A stretch of DNA of 64,000 nucleotides, from IMG/VR virus record IMGVR_UViG_3300021389_000006; one strand, 5' to 3'. The position numbers and the translations under genes were made by a program. Source of the stretch: an uncultured virus (IMG/VR IMGVR_UViG_3300021389_000006). Its lineage: Duplodnaviria; Heunggongvirae; Uroviricota; Caudoviricetes. Under the pieces are notes generated by a model. It saw only the letters and a list, made by a program, of their open reading frames with translations, was not told the DNA's origin and ran no database searches. This document shows, one piece after another, positions 7,968 to 16,881 of this stretch (the stretch's first letter is position 1; each line of letters opens with the position of its first letter).

Positions 7968-10724
7968 ATGGCTATACAATTTATATCAGGCTTATCTGTA
8001 ACAGGAAACAGTGAAATAACTGGTACATTATCAGTTAGTAGTATTACAGCTGATAATAGTACTTATACAGGTATTATGGTATGGGATGGTGGAGTTCTTA
8101 AATATAGAACAAAAGCTCAGATACTTAATGATATTGGTGCTACAGGTAATCTTGGTACAGTAACTTCAGTTACAGTACAAGGTTCATCAGGACTAAGTGG
8201 TAGTGGTACAGTTACTTCTTCTGGTACTATTACTTTAACAAACTCTGATAAAGGTTCAAGCCAAGCTATATATAAAAATATTGCTACACAAAGTGGTACA
8301 GCTACAGCAAATAGTAATAATGATACATTAACTATTACTGGAACAGGTGGAACTACTACATCTAGAAGTGGTGATACAATTACTATAAATTCTACAGATA
8401 ATAATGATAACTATTATGTTACAGGATTAAGTTTCAGTACTAGTGATGGTATTTTAACAGCAAGTAGAAATGGAGGACTATCATCTTTAACTGCGGATTT
8501 AGATGGTAGATATGCTGAAGGTACTGGAGCAAATACTAGAGTAGCATTTTGGACAGGTACTAATTCTATATCAAGTGATTCTGGATTAGTATGGAATAGT
8601 AGTAGTAATTATTTAGGTGTAAATAAAACACCAGGAACACAGGTAGATGTTAGTGGTAATGTTAGAGTAGATGGTTTAGATAATTTTTTATATTTAACTA
8701 GTACAAATGATATATACTCATTTGGATCTAGTACACAAACAATGGCTAATCCACCTAATGCATATTTATGGCATGATTTATTTGCATTTGAATATAATTA
8801 CTCAGTAACACAAGAAACTTATAATGGTACTTCATGGTCTAGTGCTACAGTACAGAATGCATTATTTGCTCAGAAAGAAGATCAATCAGTAGAAGTTATT
8901 AGTAGCAGTAATACAGCCGTTAGATGGACATTTACTGGTACAGCATGGGGTAGTGCATTATTTTTAAATGTTGCTTTTACATATAGTGCTAGTGATATTA
9001 CAAAAGAAATAACTGTAGAATCATCAACAAATAATAGTACATGGACTACTAGATTTTCTGGTACAGCAACTGCAGGTACATCAACTAAAACTTGTAGACT
9101 GACAGGTTATGGAGGAGATAATTATATCAGAGTAACTATACAGAAAGGAACATCTAGTACAAATTCTGTGAGAATGTCTCAAATTAGATTGATGACATTA
9201 AGAGCAGGTGATCAAGGTCAAGGTAGAGAATATGAATTACCTATAACTTGGGATGCAGATAGAAATATAGGAATCAATAAAACTCCATCTAGTTCATATA
9301 GTTATCAATTAAATGTAAATGGTACAGCTGAAATTTCAAGTTATTTACGTTTAGGTGCTGGCGTTAGATTGTCTGAATCAACAGACAGATCTGACTTACT
9401 ATATATTAATAGTGAAACATCTGGTTGGGGAGGTTTACAAATAGGCAATACATCTAATGAGTTTATTTTCTCGTTGATGGGTGATGGCTCTACAGGTGGT
9501 ATTTATGATGATCAACAAGGTGAGTGGCTTTTACAATGGATAGAAAATAGTGAAGTAAGATTATATTATGATGGATCTGAAAGATTAAATACATCTAGTG
9601 CTGGTGTAACTGTAACAGGAGATTTAACTGTTACTGGGGGTGATATAGTTTTAAATGGAACAGGTAGAATAACAGGTGTAGATACTGTATCTGCAAGTAC
9701 TGATGCTGCTAATAAAGCCTATGTAGACAGTGCAGTTTCAGGTGCAGGAACTGTAACAAGTGTTGCTACAGGAGATGGTTTGACAGGAGGAACAATAACT
9801 GGTTCTGGTACCATAAGTGTAGATTATGGTATTAATGGAATAATGAATGATTGTCCTGCTGGAACTGGATCACCTGAAGAGGATGACAGTATAATGGTTG
9901 GATTAGATTCTGCAGGTCAAGGTGAAGCAAGAAAATTTGCAATTGTTGATTTACCATTTACTAATAATCAAGGTGATATAACAGCTGTAACAGCCGGTGA
10001 TGGTTTAACTGGCGGTGGTACTACAGGATCTGTTACTGTAGATGTTCAGTATGGTGGTGGTACAAGTAATCTTATAATGGATGCACCAAATGTAAATAGT
10101 CTTGAAGCAAAAGACTTCTTTTTATATGCAGATTTTAGTAGTAGTAATAAAGTTCATTATACTGATTTAGGTACATTGTCAAGTTTTGTAACAAGTAATA
10201 TTAGTAGTTTTACTAATTTACAGATTACTAATACATTAAGTGTTAGAGGAGCAATTGATCTAGCAGATAATGATATATTACGTTTTGGAACAGGTGATGA
10301 CTGTGAATTCTTTACTAATGGATCTCATATGTATATGGATCTTAACTCTGGTATAGGAAACTTTTATATAAGAGATGGTACTACTACCCGTTATACATTT
10401 GATGATAACGGTAATTTTACAGCTACAGGAAATGTCACTGCGTTTTCAGACGTAAGACTAAAAGATAATATTGAAACACTAGACGGCTCTAAAGTTTTAG
10501 AGATGAGAGGTGTATCATATACTAAAGAAGGAGAAAAAGGATCTGGTGTTATTGCACAAGAACTAGAAAAAGTAGCTCCTGAGTTAGTACATACTATGGA
10601 AGATGAAGATGGTACAAAAGCTGTAGCATATGGTAATTTAGTTGGATATTTAATTGAAGCAGTTAAAGATCAACAAAAACAAATTAATGACCTTAAAGCA
10701 CAATTAGATGGCCTTAGCAAGTAG
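7968..10724 (+). CDS. Tail fibre protein with C-terminal intramolecular chaperone (peptidase S74)
   Basis: 918 aa with the same GTVTSV repeats. C-terminal SDVRLKDNI...GVIAQELEKVAPELV...VAYGNLVGYLIEAVKD S74 signature begins at about 10446. Confidence 0.85.
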   Translation: MAIQFISGLSVTGNSEITGTLSVSSITADNSTYTGIMVWDGGVLKYRTKAQILNDIGATGNLGTVTSVTVQGSSGLSGSGTVTSSGTITLTNSDKGSSQAIYKNIATQSGTATANSNNDTLTITGTGGTTTSRSGDTITINSTDNNDNYYVTGLSFSTSDGILTASRNGGLSSLTADLDGRYAEGTGANTRVAFWTGTNSISSDSGLVWNSSSNYLGVNKTPGTQVDVSGNVRVDGLDNFLYLTSTNDIYSFGSSTQTMANPPNAYLWHDLFAFEYNYSVTQETYNGTSWSSATVQNALFAQKEDQSVEVISSSNTAVRWTFTGTAWGSALFLNVAFTYSASDITKEITVESSTNNSTWTTRFSGTATAGTSTKTCRLTGYGGDNYIRVTIQKGTSSTNSVRMSQIRLMTLRAGDQGQGREYELPITWDADRNIGINKTPSSSYSYQLNVNGTAEISSYLRLGAGVRLSESTDRSDLLYINSETSGWGGLQIGNTSNEFIFSLMGDGSTGGIYDDQQGEWLLQWIENSEVRLYYDGSERLNTSSAGVTVTGDLTVTGGDIVLNGTGRITGVDTVSASTDAANKAYVDSAVSGAGTVTSVATGDGLTGGTITGSGTISVDYGINGIMNDCPAGTGSPEEDDSIMVGLDSAGQGEARKFAIVDLPFTNNQGDITAVTAGDGLTGGGTTGSVTVDVQYGGGTSNLIMDAPNVNSLEAKDFFLYADFSSSNKVHYTDLGTLSSFVTSNISSFTNLQITNTLSVRGAIDLADNDILRFGTGDDCEFFTNGSHMYMDLNSGIGNFYIRDGTTTRYTFDDNGNFTATGNVTAFSDVRLKDNIETLDGSKVLEMRGVSYTKEGEKGSGVIAQELEKVAPELVHTMEDEDGTKAVAYGNLVGYLIEAVKDQQKQINDLKAQLDGLSK

Positions 10725-11133
10725 TGGAACAATGTCTATAGGTGGTACATCTACTAATAGGTCTATTAACTTAGAGCTTGGTTTAGCACAGAATGCTAAT
10801 TCAGGATTAGGTCAAACTAATTTTAGAACATTAGCCGGTGTTGCATCAGGTGCTATAAGCATGGATGATTTTTATGGAAAGTCTGCATCATCATGTACTA
10901 AATATGATAGTAGTGTAGTAAATACTGAATCTGCAGGTGCGGCATGTAAGAGGGAGGTAACTGTTGAATATTATCATGATGGTAGTGGAACATTACCAAC
11001 AACTGGTGATTATGTATATAGTAACAGCGGATGTAGTACGGCTTTATCTAATGGATGGTATAAATTATCAAATAATACTTATATACAAGTAAATAGTGGT
11101 AGAGTTCAAGCTTATGGACCATGTGGTAAATAA
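10708..11133 (+). CDS. Small fibre-associated virion protein (possible adhesin/tip)
   Basis: N-terminus MALASSGTMSIGG...SGAISMDDFYGKS is typical of small proteins encoded after S74 fibres; overlaps the fibre gene stop. Confidence 0.55.
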   Translation: MALASSGTMSIGGTSTNRSINLELGLAQNANSGLGQTNFRTLAGVASGAISMDDFYGKSASSCTKYDSSVVNTESAGAACKREVTVEYYHDGSGTLPTTGDYVYSNSGCSTALSNGWYKLSNNTYIQVNSGRVQAYGPCGK

Positions 11134-11140
11134 ATAAATT

Positions 11141-11662
11141 ATGGCAAAGAAAAAAATAAAAAAGAAAGTTGCTGCTAAAAAACCAGTTATTAAAAAAGCT
11201 GTAGAAAAGAAGCCTGCAATAAAAAAAAGTACAAGGAAAAGAAAGCCTAGTAAAGCTGTTATTTTTAAATTAAAACAAGCTGCTGAGCAAAAACTTAAAG
11301 ATCTTAGAAAAAAAGAAAAACCTTTTATCAGATATTCTTTTCATATTGATTCTATAAAAGTAGATTCACAAAACATATTAGAAGAAATAACATATAACTA
11401 TAAAGGAACTATGGTTATTCCTAAATCACAGAAAGATAACTATAAAGCAGGTACAACATATGTTACTGGTATATTTATTATACCAAGTAATCTTGAATGG
11501 GATGGAAGTACCAAAGACTTTAGTAAAGTATCTAGAAGTAGTATTATAACTTTATTAAAAAACAATATTAGAAAAGGTCATATTGATGGTATGAAAGAAA
11601 TAATTGAAAAAGAATTAATGCCAGAATTTAAAATTATTAAAGATCTTCCTTGGAAATCTTAA
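11141..11662 (+). CDS. Hypothetical protein with a Lys-rich histone-H1-like N-tail and a C-terminal ...LPW domain
   Basis: Begins KKKIKKKVAAKKPVIKKAVEKKPAIKK. The C-terminal domain resembles small proteins often found next to aquatic phage fibres. Confidence 0.5.
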   Translation: MAKKKIKKKVAAKKPVIKKAVEKKPAIKKSTRKRKPSKAVIFKLKQAAEQKLKDLRKKEKPFIRYSFHIDSIKVDSQNILEEITYNYKGTMVIPKSQKDNYKAGTTYVTGIFIIPSNLEWDGSTKDFSKVSRSSIITLLKNNIRKGHIDGMKEIIEKELMPEFKIIKDLPWKS

Positions 11663-11671
11663 ATATTTAAT

Positions 11672-11679
11672 TATCTTTG
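11672..11679 (+). promoter_or_regulatory. Bacteroidota housekeeping -7 promoter box (TAnnTTTG)
   Basis: TATCTTTG matches the established TAnnTTTG consensus, about 30 nt upstream of the ATG at 11711. Confidence 0.45.
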
Positions 11680-11710
11680 TAACTAATAATTATTAAAACC
11701 AATACGTAAA

Positions 11711-11989
11711 ATGGCAAAGTCAAAAACATCTAAAGCAAAGAAAGTTACTGCAAAGGAACTTGAAGCAGTTAAAGATCTGCAAAGTAGAATTAACACGGTT
11801 ATCATGAACATTGGTAATGCAGCGTTAGTTAAGAATCAACTAGTTAATAATCATTCAGAGTTGCAAGCTGAATGGAAAGCTGAAACAGCTAAACTAGAAA
11901 AGAAATATGGAAATGTAAACATCAGTCTAGAAGATGGTGCAATTAGTCCATTAGAAGAAAAGGAAGAAGTTCCTGCTGTAAAAGCATAA
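11711..11989 (+). CDS. Small coiled-coil hypothetical protein
   Basis: 92 aa, helical heptad pattern ending LEKKYGNVNISLEDG; AAAACCAA leader. Confidence 0.65.
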   Translation: MAKSKTSKAKKVTAKELEAVKDLQSRINTVIMNIGNAALVKNQLVNNHSELQAEWKAETAKLEKKYGNVNISLEDGAISPLEEKEEVPAVKA

Positions 11990-12014
11990 TTACTCCCCTC
12001 ATATTTGTTTGTAT

Positions 12015-12061
12015 AAAATTTTTTAAAACCAGCATTAACTTGTTTGGTTTTAAAAAATTTT
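12015..12061. repeat. Perfect 17-bp inverted repeat (hairpin/cruciform) overlapping the promoter motif
   Basis: AAAATTTTTTAAAACCA (12015-12031) / TGGTTTTAAAAAATTTT (12045-12061) with a 13-nt loop. Confidence 0.8.
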
Positions 12062-12069
12062 GTATATTA
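12059..12069 (+). promoter_or_regulatory. TTTGTATATTA candidate phage promoter motif
   Basis: Exact motif ending 50 nt upstream of the ATG at 12119. Confidence 0.6.
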
Positions 12070-12118
12070 TTACTGTATAGTTACAACAGAGTAGTACTTT
12101 ATAGTAAAAAGAACATTT

Positions 12119-14335
12119 ATGATTCCAACAAATTCAAGCGGCACCACAAATGGGTGTGATAATATATCATCTAATTGTGTAGTATGGCAAGGTCCTGATA
12201 TTGCGTGTATAGATTTATGCAGTGGAGATACAATTAGTGAGGTTACAGCTAAGATTGCTACAAAGGTATGTGACATAATTACAAACGGTGTTTCAGCTAA
12301 TCCAAGTTTAACAGGATTAGATATTACATGTTTAAATGTTAGAGGTACAACACCAACTGAGCTTGTACCAGTATTACAAGCAATGGTAAATCAGATATGC
12401 TTGAATAGCACTTCTACTGCTTTACCTAAATCTACACAAGTACAAGATGATCTGCCTATTATGACATTACCTGCATGTTTGCAGTATAATGATGCAAGTG
12501 GGAACCCAGTAACACAACTACGTTTAGATTTATTTGCTGAACTTATAGCAAATCAAGTATGTACTAATTTAGCTAGCATACAAACTATAAACTCTACTTT
12601 AACTAGTTATAGTAATAGACTAGATGTGTTAGAAGCATGTGTTTTACCATGCTCAGGTGCAATTACAGAAGTTCAAATTGTACCAACTTGTGTAACAAGT
12701 ACAATAGGTCAACTAACCAACGTATCAGTAGTAGTATTAGCACTTGAAAGTGCTTTTTGTGCTTTAAGAAATGCAACAGGTACTCCTGCAAATATAAATA
12801 CTGCTATCAATCAAACAACATTAACTGGAGCAAGCCAGTTACTTTCTAATTCTTCTGCTACATATAGTAGTATAAGTGGTTGGTCTAATACAGCTAATAC
12901 ACTAGCTCAAAGTGTTCAGAATGCATGGGTAGTAATAGATGATATGTATGCAGCAATAACAGACATACAAACTAACTGTTGTCCATCAGGATGTGATGGA
13001 ATAACTTTTGCATATACTAGTACATCAGTTATAGGACCAAGTTCAGGTTTAGTTACAGACATAAATATGAATTTTATGAATTCTACTATTCCTTCAAGCT
13101 TTAATGATAGTGCAGGTTTTACTATTGTAACAGTAACAGATAGTTTAGGTGCATCAACGAGTTCTACAATGAGTGTTGCACTTTTACAAAATAATCCTGC
13201 TGGACAAAATGTAAATGTAAGTTCCTTAAATGTAGGATCAGATTTAAATGTAGCAGTACAGTTTAGTGTAACAGATGGTAGTCAAACTTGTGAAGCAAAC
13301 CAAAGTAGTGTAGTGACAGTTCAATTACCATGCCCTTCAACAACATGGACTATGGCACAAACAACAGCAGATGTATCTTTGACAAATAGTTTAGGTAATA
13401 CAGCACAATATGTAATAGAAATATTAGATGCTAATAATATAGTTGTTGATACAGTTACTAAAAACAATCCTGGAGGAACTGTTACTCATCAATTTACAGG
13501 TTTAACACCAGATACAGCTTATCAAGGTAGAGTTACTGTATCATATGGAGGTAATACAAGAGTATGCCCAGTATCAGCAATTGCAACAACAACTGCATCA
13601 GCACCTTGTGCAAATGGTATGGATGTAGCATTTATAATAGATTATAGTAGTTCAATGGGATCACGTATTGATTCTGTTAAAGCAGGTGTAGCTTCACTTG
13701 TAACTACAATAGACAATGCTTCAGGAGCAAATAATTATAGAGTATCCTTAGTAGGAGCTGATGAAGAGCAACAAGCTGCACCTACATATGCTACTTGTAC
13801 AGATTATACAAGTTTACCTGCAGCACAAAAAGTAGCAAATTTAGGATCAACAGGAAAATATCAAATTATTACAGCTTGGGAAATGTTCCAGGTTAATAAT
13901 GGTGCATCATTTACAACTCAATTAAATAAATTAAATAAAGGGGTAGACGGAACATGTATTAATTTAGGAGATGGGGTTGGTATGGCTGAACCTACAGATT
14001 ATGCTGCACAACTTGTAACTGGTTCTGCAAACTTTACAGGAGCATTTAGATCTAATGTAGCTAAATATGTTATAATAATAACTGATGCTTTACCAAGTGG
14101 TACTCAAGATCAATTTAATGCAACTACATGGGCAGGTATTCAATCAATGATTTTAGACGCTAATACTAATGGTATTAAATACTTTATATGTGGACCAGGT
14201 GTACAACAATCTAGTGTAATAGGTGGTTCACAGATTTATCCATGGAGAGAATTAGCAGATCAAACAGGTGGAGCATGGAACCAGTCATCAGATCCAACAA
14301 CTATATCTAATCAAATAATAGCAGGTTGTTCATAA
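12119..14335 (+). CDS. Cys-rich virion protein with FN3-like and C-terminal vWA domain
   Basis: N-terminal Cys-rich region (SSNCVVWQG); FN3-like HQFTGLTPDTAYQGRV; vWA MIDAS DVAFIIDYSSS (from 13622) and YVIIITDALP. Confidence 0.75.
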   Translation: MIPTNSSGTTNGCDNISSNCVVWQGPDIACIDLCSGDTISEVTAKIATKVCDIITNGVSANPSLTGLDITCLNVRGTTPTELVPVLQAMVNQICLNSTSTALPKSTQVQDDLPIMTLPACLQYNDASGNPVTQLRLDLFAELIANQVCTNLASIQTINSTLTSYSNRLDVLEACVLPCSGAITEVQIVPTCVTSTIGQLTNVSVVVLALESAFCALRNATGTPANINTAINQTTLTGASQLLSNSSATYSSISGWSNTANTLAQSVQNAWVVIDDMYAAITDIQTNCCPSGCDGITFAYTSTSVIGPSSGLVTDINMNFMNSTIPSSFNDSAGFTIVTVTDSLGASTSSTMSVALLQNNPAGQNVNVSSLNVGSDLNVAVQFSVTDGSQTCEANQSSVVTVQLPCPSTTWTMAQTTADVSLTNSLGNTAQYVIEILDANNIVVDTVTKNNPGGTVTHQFTGLTPDTAYQGRVTVSYGGNTRVCPVSAIATTTASAPCANGMDVAFIIDYSSSMGSRIDSVKAGVASLVTTIDNASGANNYRVSLVGADEEQQAAPTYATCTDYTSLPAAQKVANLGSTGKYQIITAWEMFQVNNGASFTTQLNKLNKGVDGTCINLGDGVGMAEPTDYAAQLVTGSANFTGAFRSNVAKYVIIITDALPSGTQDQFNATTWAGIQSMILDANTNGIKYFICGPGVQQSSVIGGSQIYPWRELADQTGGAWNQSSDPTTISNQIIAGCS

Positions 14336-14352
14336 AATAAAAAAGAAATAAA

Positions 14353-14919
14353 ATGGCATGTAATTGTACAAAATGTGATCAAAAATGTGGATGTAAAGAC
14401 ACAGCATTAACTAATCCATGTACTTATACGGATTGTAGTGTAGGTAGTGAAAGATGTTCAGATATTCAATGTGCTGAATGTGTAAGCTATTGTGGTACTT
14501 CATTTCAAATTGGAGATGCAAATGCTAGAATTACAATTCAATCTGGAGAAAGACTTGATTCTATTATTCAGAAATATGCAATGATTTTAGCAAACGGATT
14601 AGGTGCTTGTACTTCAAGTGATGTTCAACATGATCCATTTAATGTATACGCAGGGGTTATTACAAAAGATTCTGTTAATGTAATATGGAATGGAATATAT
14701 AGTTCTAGTACAGGATTTAATGTATACATAGACACAGTAATAGCACCAAGCGGATGGGGAACTCCTGTAAATGGAGGTACTCCAATTGTAACTACAATAA
14801 GTAATTATACAATAACCAACTTATTAGCTAGTACAGCTTATAAAGTTAAAGTAGTAGATAATGGTAATTCTGCGGCATGTAAGCCTATAGAAATTCTGTT
14901 TACTACCTTAGCATCATAA
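14353..14919 (+). CDS. Cys-rich virion protein with C-terminal FN3-like domain
   Basis: Cys-rich N-terminus (CAECVSYCG) resembles that of the upstream 738-aa protein; YTITNLLASTAYKVKV is an FN3 signature. Confidence 0.65.
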   Translation: MACNCTKCDQKCGCKDTALTNPCTYTDCSVGSERCSDIQCAECVSYCGTSFQIGDANARITIQSGERLDSIIQKYAMILANGLGACTSSDVQHDPFNVYAGVITKDSVNVIWNGIYSSSTGFNVYIDTVIAPSGWGTPVNGGTPIVTTISNYTITNLLASTAYKVKVVDNGNSAACKPIEILFTTLAS

Positions 14920-14969
14920 TACAACAACAGCAAGTAGTGGTTTGTTGGTTTTCTACTGCAAACGTTGGG

Positions 14970-15004
14970 AGAGACTGGGTTTAAATCCGGTCTCTTTTTT
15001 TTTT
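14970..15004 (+). terminator. Rho-independent terminator
   Basis: AGAGACTGGGT-ttaa-ATCCGGTCTCT followed by a long T run. Confidence 0.85.
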
Positions 15005-15032
15005 GTATCTTTAGCCAAAAATAAAAAAACAC

Positions 15033-16250
15033 ATGGGAAATTTAAAACAGAGAATTATTGAATCTTTAAAATGGAAAAAGCACCCAAGTTATTGTGCAAA
15101 TAAACTAAATATTACTGAGAAACAATATATAAAAATTAAAAAAGAAATATTACAGGAAAGAAAAGAAGAAAGAAAAAGAAGTAAGTTTTTTACAAATGAT
15201 GATGGTCAATGTCAAATTACTGAAGCAGTAGATTTAGAAAAAGGACAAGGCAAACTATCAGGAACATTTGATCATGAGCCTAAGTCTTCTGAAGAAATAA
15301 TAAAACTTTTAAAAATAGATACTAACAAATGGAGATTATCTCAATATTGGAACAAACAAATGGGAGATCATTGGAGAGTATCAGCTTTAGTTACTCAAAT
15401 AAAAAATCCTGAACAACAATTATTTGAGGAGCTTCTTGCAAATTGGAAACCTAAAACATATAAAATACCTAAGTTAAAACCTGCTAAATCTAAAGATCCT
15501 GTGTGTGCTGTAATGTCTTTACAAGATATACATTTTGGTAAGCAAGGTAATGATACTATTGATAAAGATTTTGAAGACACAATTATAAATCTTATGAGTA
15601 GAGCTGCACCAGTTAATTACATTGAGAAAATGTATTTTGTTGTAGGAGGGGATCTAATTAACATGGATACTTTTGAGGGTACAACTACTAGTGGAACTGG
15701 ATTAGATAACTGTATGACTGCTACAGATGCTTATATGCAAGCATTTGATGCAATGCATTGGGCTATAAATTATTTAAAAGCATTTTGTACTGAGCTTGTT
15801 ATAGTCTATGTTCCAGGTAATCATGATAGATTATCTTCTTTTCATTTAGTACATGCTTTATCTAAATCTATAGAGTGTAATCAAATTACTTGGGATATAA
15901 AATATGAAGAAAGAAAAGTTCATGTATGGCATAATAACTTTAATGCATTTGAACATGGTGATAAACGTAGTAAAAATAACCCTTTAATATTTGCTACTGA
16001 GTATCCAAAAGAATGGGGTGCAACTACAAATAGAACATTATTTAAAGGTCATATTCATACAGATAGAAAAGTTGAATATATGACATCTAATGAAACAGCT
16101 GGCTTTGTAGAAAAGACATTACCTAGCCTAGGTAAGGCAGATTATTATCATTATAGCAATAAGTATGTAGGTAATAGAAGATCTGGTAAATTAGAAATTC
16201 AACACCCTACAATGGGTAATATATGTGAGTTAACCTATCAAGCACTGTAA
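15033..16250 (+). CDS. Calcineurin-like metallophosphoesterase
   Basis: All five motifs in order: DIHFG, GGDL, GNHD, HGD, GHIH. Confidence 0.85.
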   Translation: MGNLKQRIIESLKWKKHPSYCANKLNITEKQYIKIKKEILQERKEERKRSKFFTNDDGQCQITEAVDLEKGQGKLSGTFDHEPKSSEEIIKLLKIDTNKWRLSQYWNKQMGDHWRVSALVTQIKNPEQQLFEELLANWKPKTYKIPKLKPAKSKDPVCAVMSLQDIHFGKQGNDTIDKDFEDTIINLMSRAAPVNYIEKMYFVVGGDLINMDTFEGTTTSGTGLDNCMTATDAYMQAFDAMHWAINYLKAFCTELVIVYVPGNHDRLSSFHLVHALSKSIECNQITWDIKYEERKVHVWHNNFNAFEHGDKRSKNNPLIFATEYPKEWGATTNRTLFKGHIHTDRKVEYMTSNETAGFVEKTLPSLGKADYYHYSNKYVGNRRSGKLEIQHPTMGNICELTYQAL

Positions 16251-16252
16251 AG

Positions 16253-16288
16253 ACCTTACTTTTAATTTCATAAAGTGAGGTTTTTTTT
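16253..16288 (+). terminator. Rho-independent terminator
   Basis: ACCTTACTTT / AAAGTGAGGT stem then a T run, abutting the TTTGTAAATTA motif variant at 16286-16296. Confidence 0.75.
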
Positions 16289-16309
16289 GTAAATTATAAA
16301 TATAACTAT

Positions 16310-16876
16310 ATGATCAACAATTTTAAAAAACCCAATCTAAATGCTCCTAGATATAGAGAGAAAAGGTTAGGGTTATTAAATGAAGAAACAATAAGGGAGT
16401 TTAAAGATAAGAAACCTTTATACTCTCATATAGATAATGTTAAACTAAAAAAGATAATAAAACTATATAATAGAAGACTTTGGGAAGCAGTAGTTAAAAA
16501 CAGAAATGGAGTAGAATTACCAGATTCATTGGGTTATTTATTTATAGGAACATGTAAAGCAGCAAAGACAGTAAATACAAACTATGCCTTATCAAAAGAG
16601 TATGGTAAAGTATTACAGAACAAAAACTGGGAAACTGATGGTAATTTAGGAAAAATATTTTATACAAACTATTCTACTAAATACAGATTTAAAAATAGAG
16701 AGTTATGGAGGTTTGTAGCTTGCAGGGATTTTAAAAGGACAGTTGCCAAAGAGTATCCTAAAAGTTGGACTAAGTATGTAGTTATGAAGAACAAATATAA
16801 GGTAGCTCATTTATATGATGAAAACTTTGAAGAAACCAACAAAGCTTTAAATTATTATAATGAATTTGAAAAATAA
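16310..16876 (+). CDS. Basic HU/IHF-like DNA-binding protein of crAss-like tail module
   Basis: Lys/Arg-rich, with an HU-like GVELPDSLGYLFI segment. crAss-like phages carry IHF-like genes beside the tail ring and stabiliser genes. Confidence 0.5.
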   Translation: MINNFKKPNLNAPRYREKRLGLLNEETIREFKDKKPLYSHIDNVKLKKIIKLYNRRLWEAVVKNRNGVELPDSLGYLFIGTCKAAKTVNTNYALSKEYGKVLQNKNWETDGNLGKIFYTNYSTKYRFKNRELWRFVACRDFKRTVAKEYPKSWTKYVVMKNKYKVAHLYDENFEETNKALNYYNEFEK

Positions 16877-16881
16877 AAAAC

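Noticed and set aside
5449..10724. Diversity-generating retroelement or invertible tail-fibre cassette
   Set aside because: The repeats are degenerate protein-level repeats. I saw no reverse transcriptase, no adenine-specific TR/VR pair and no invertase in the window.
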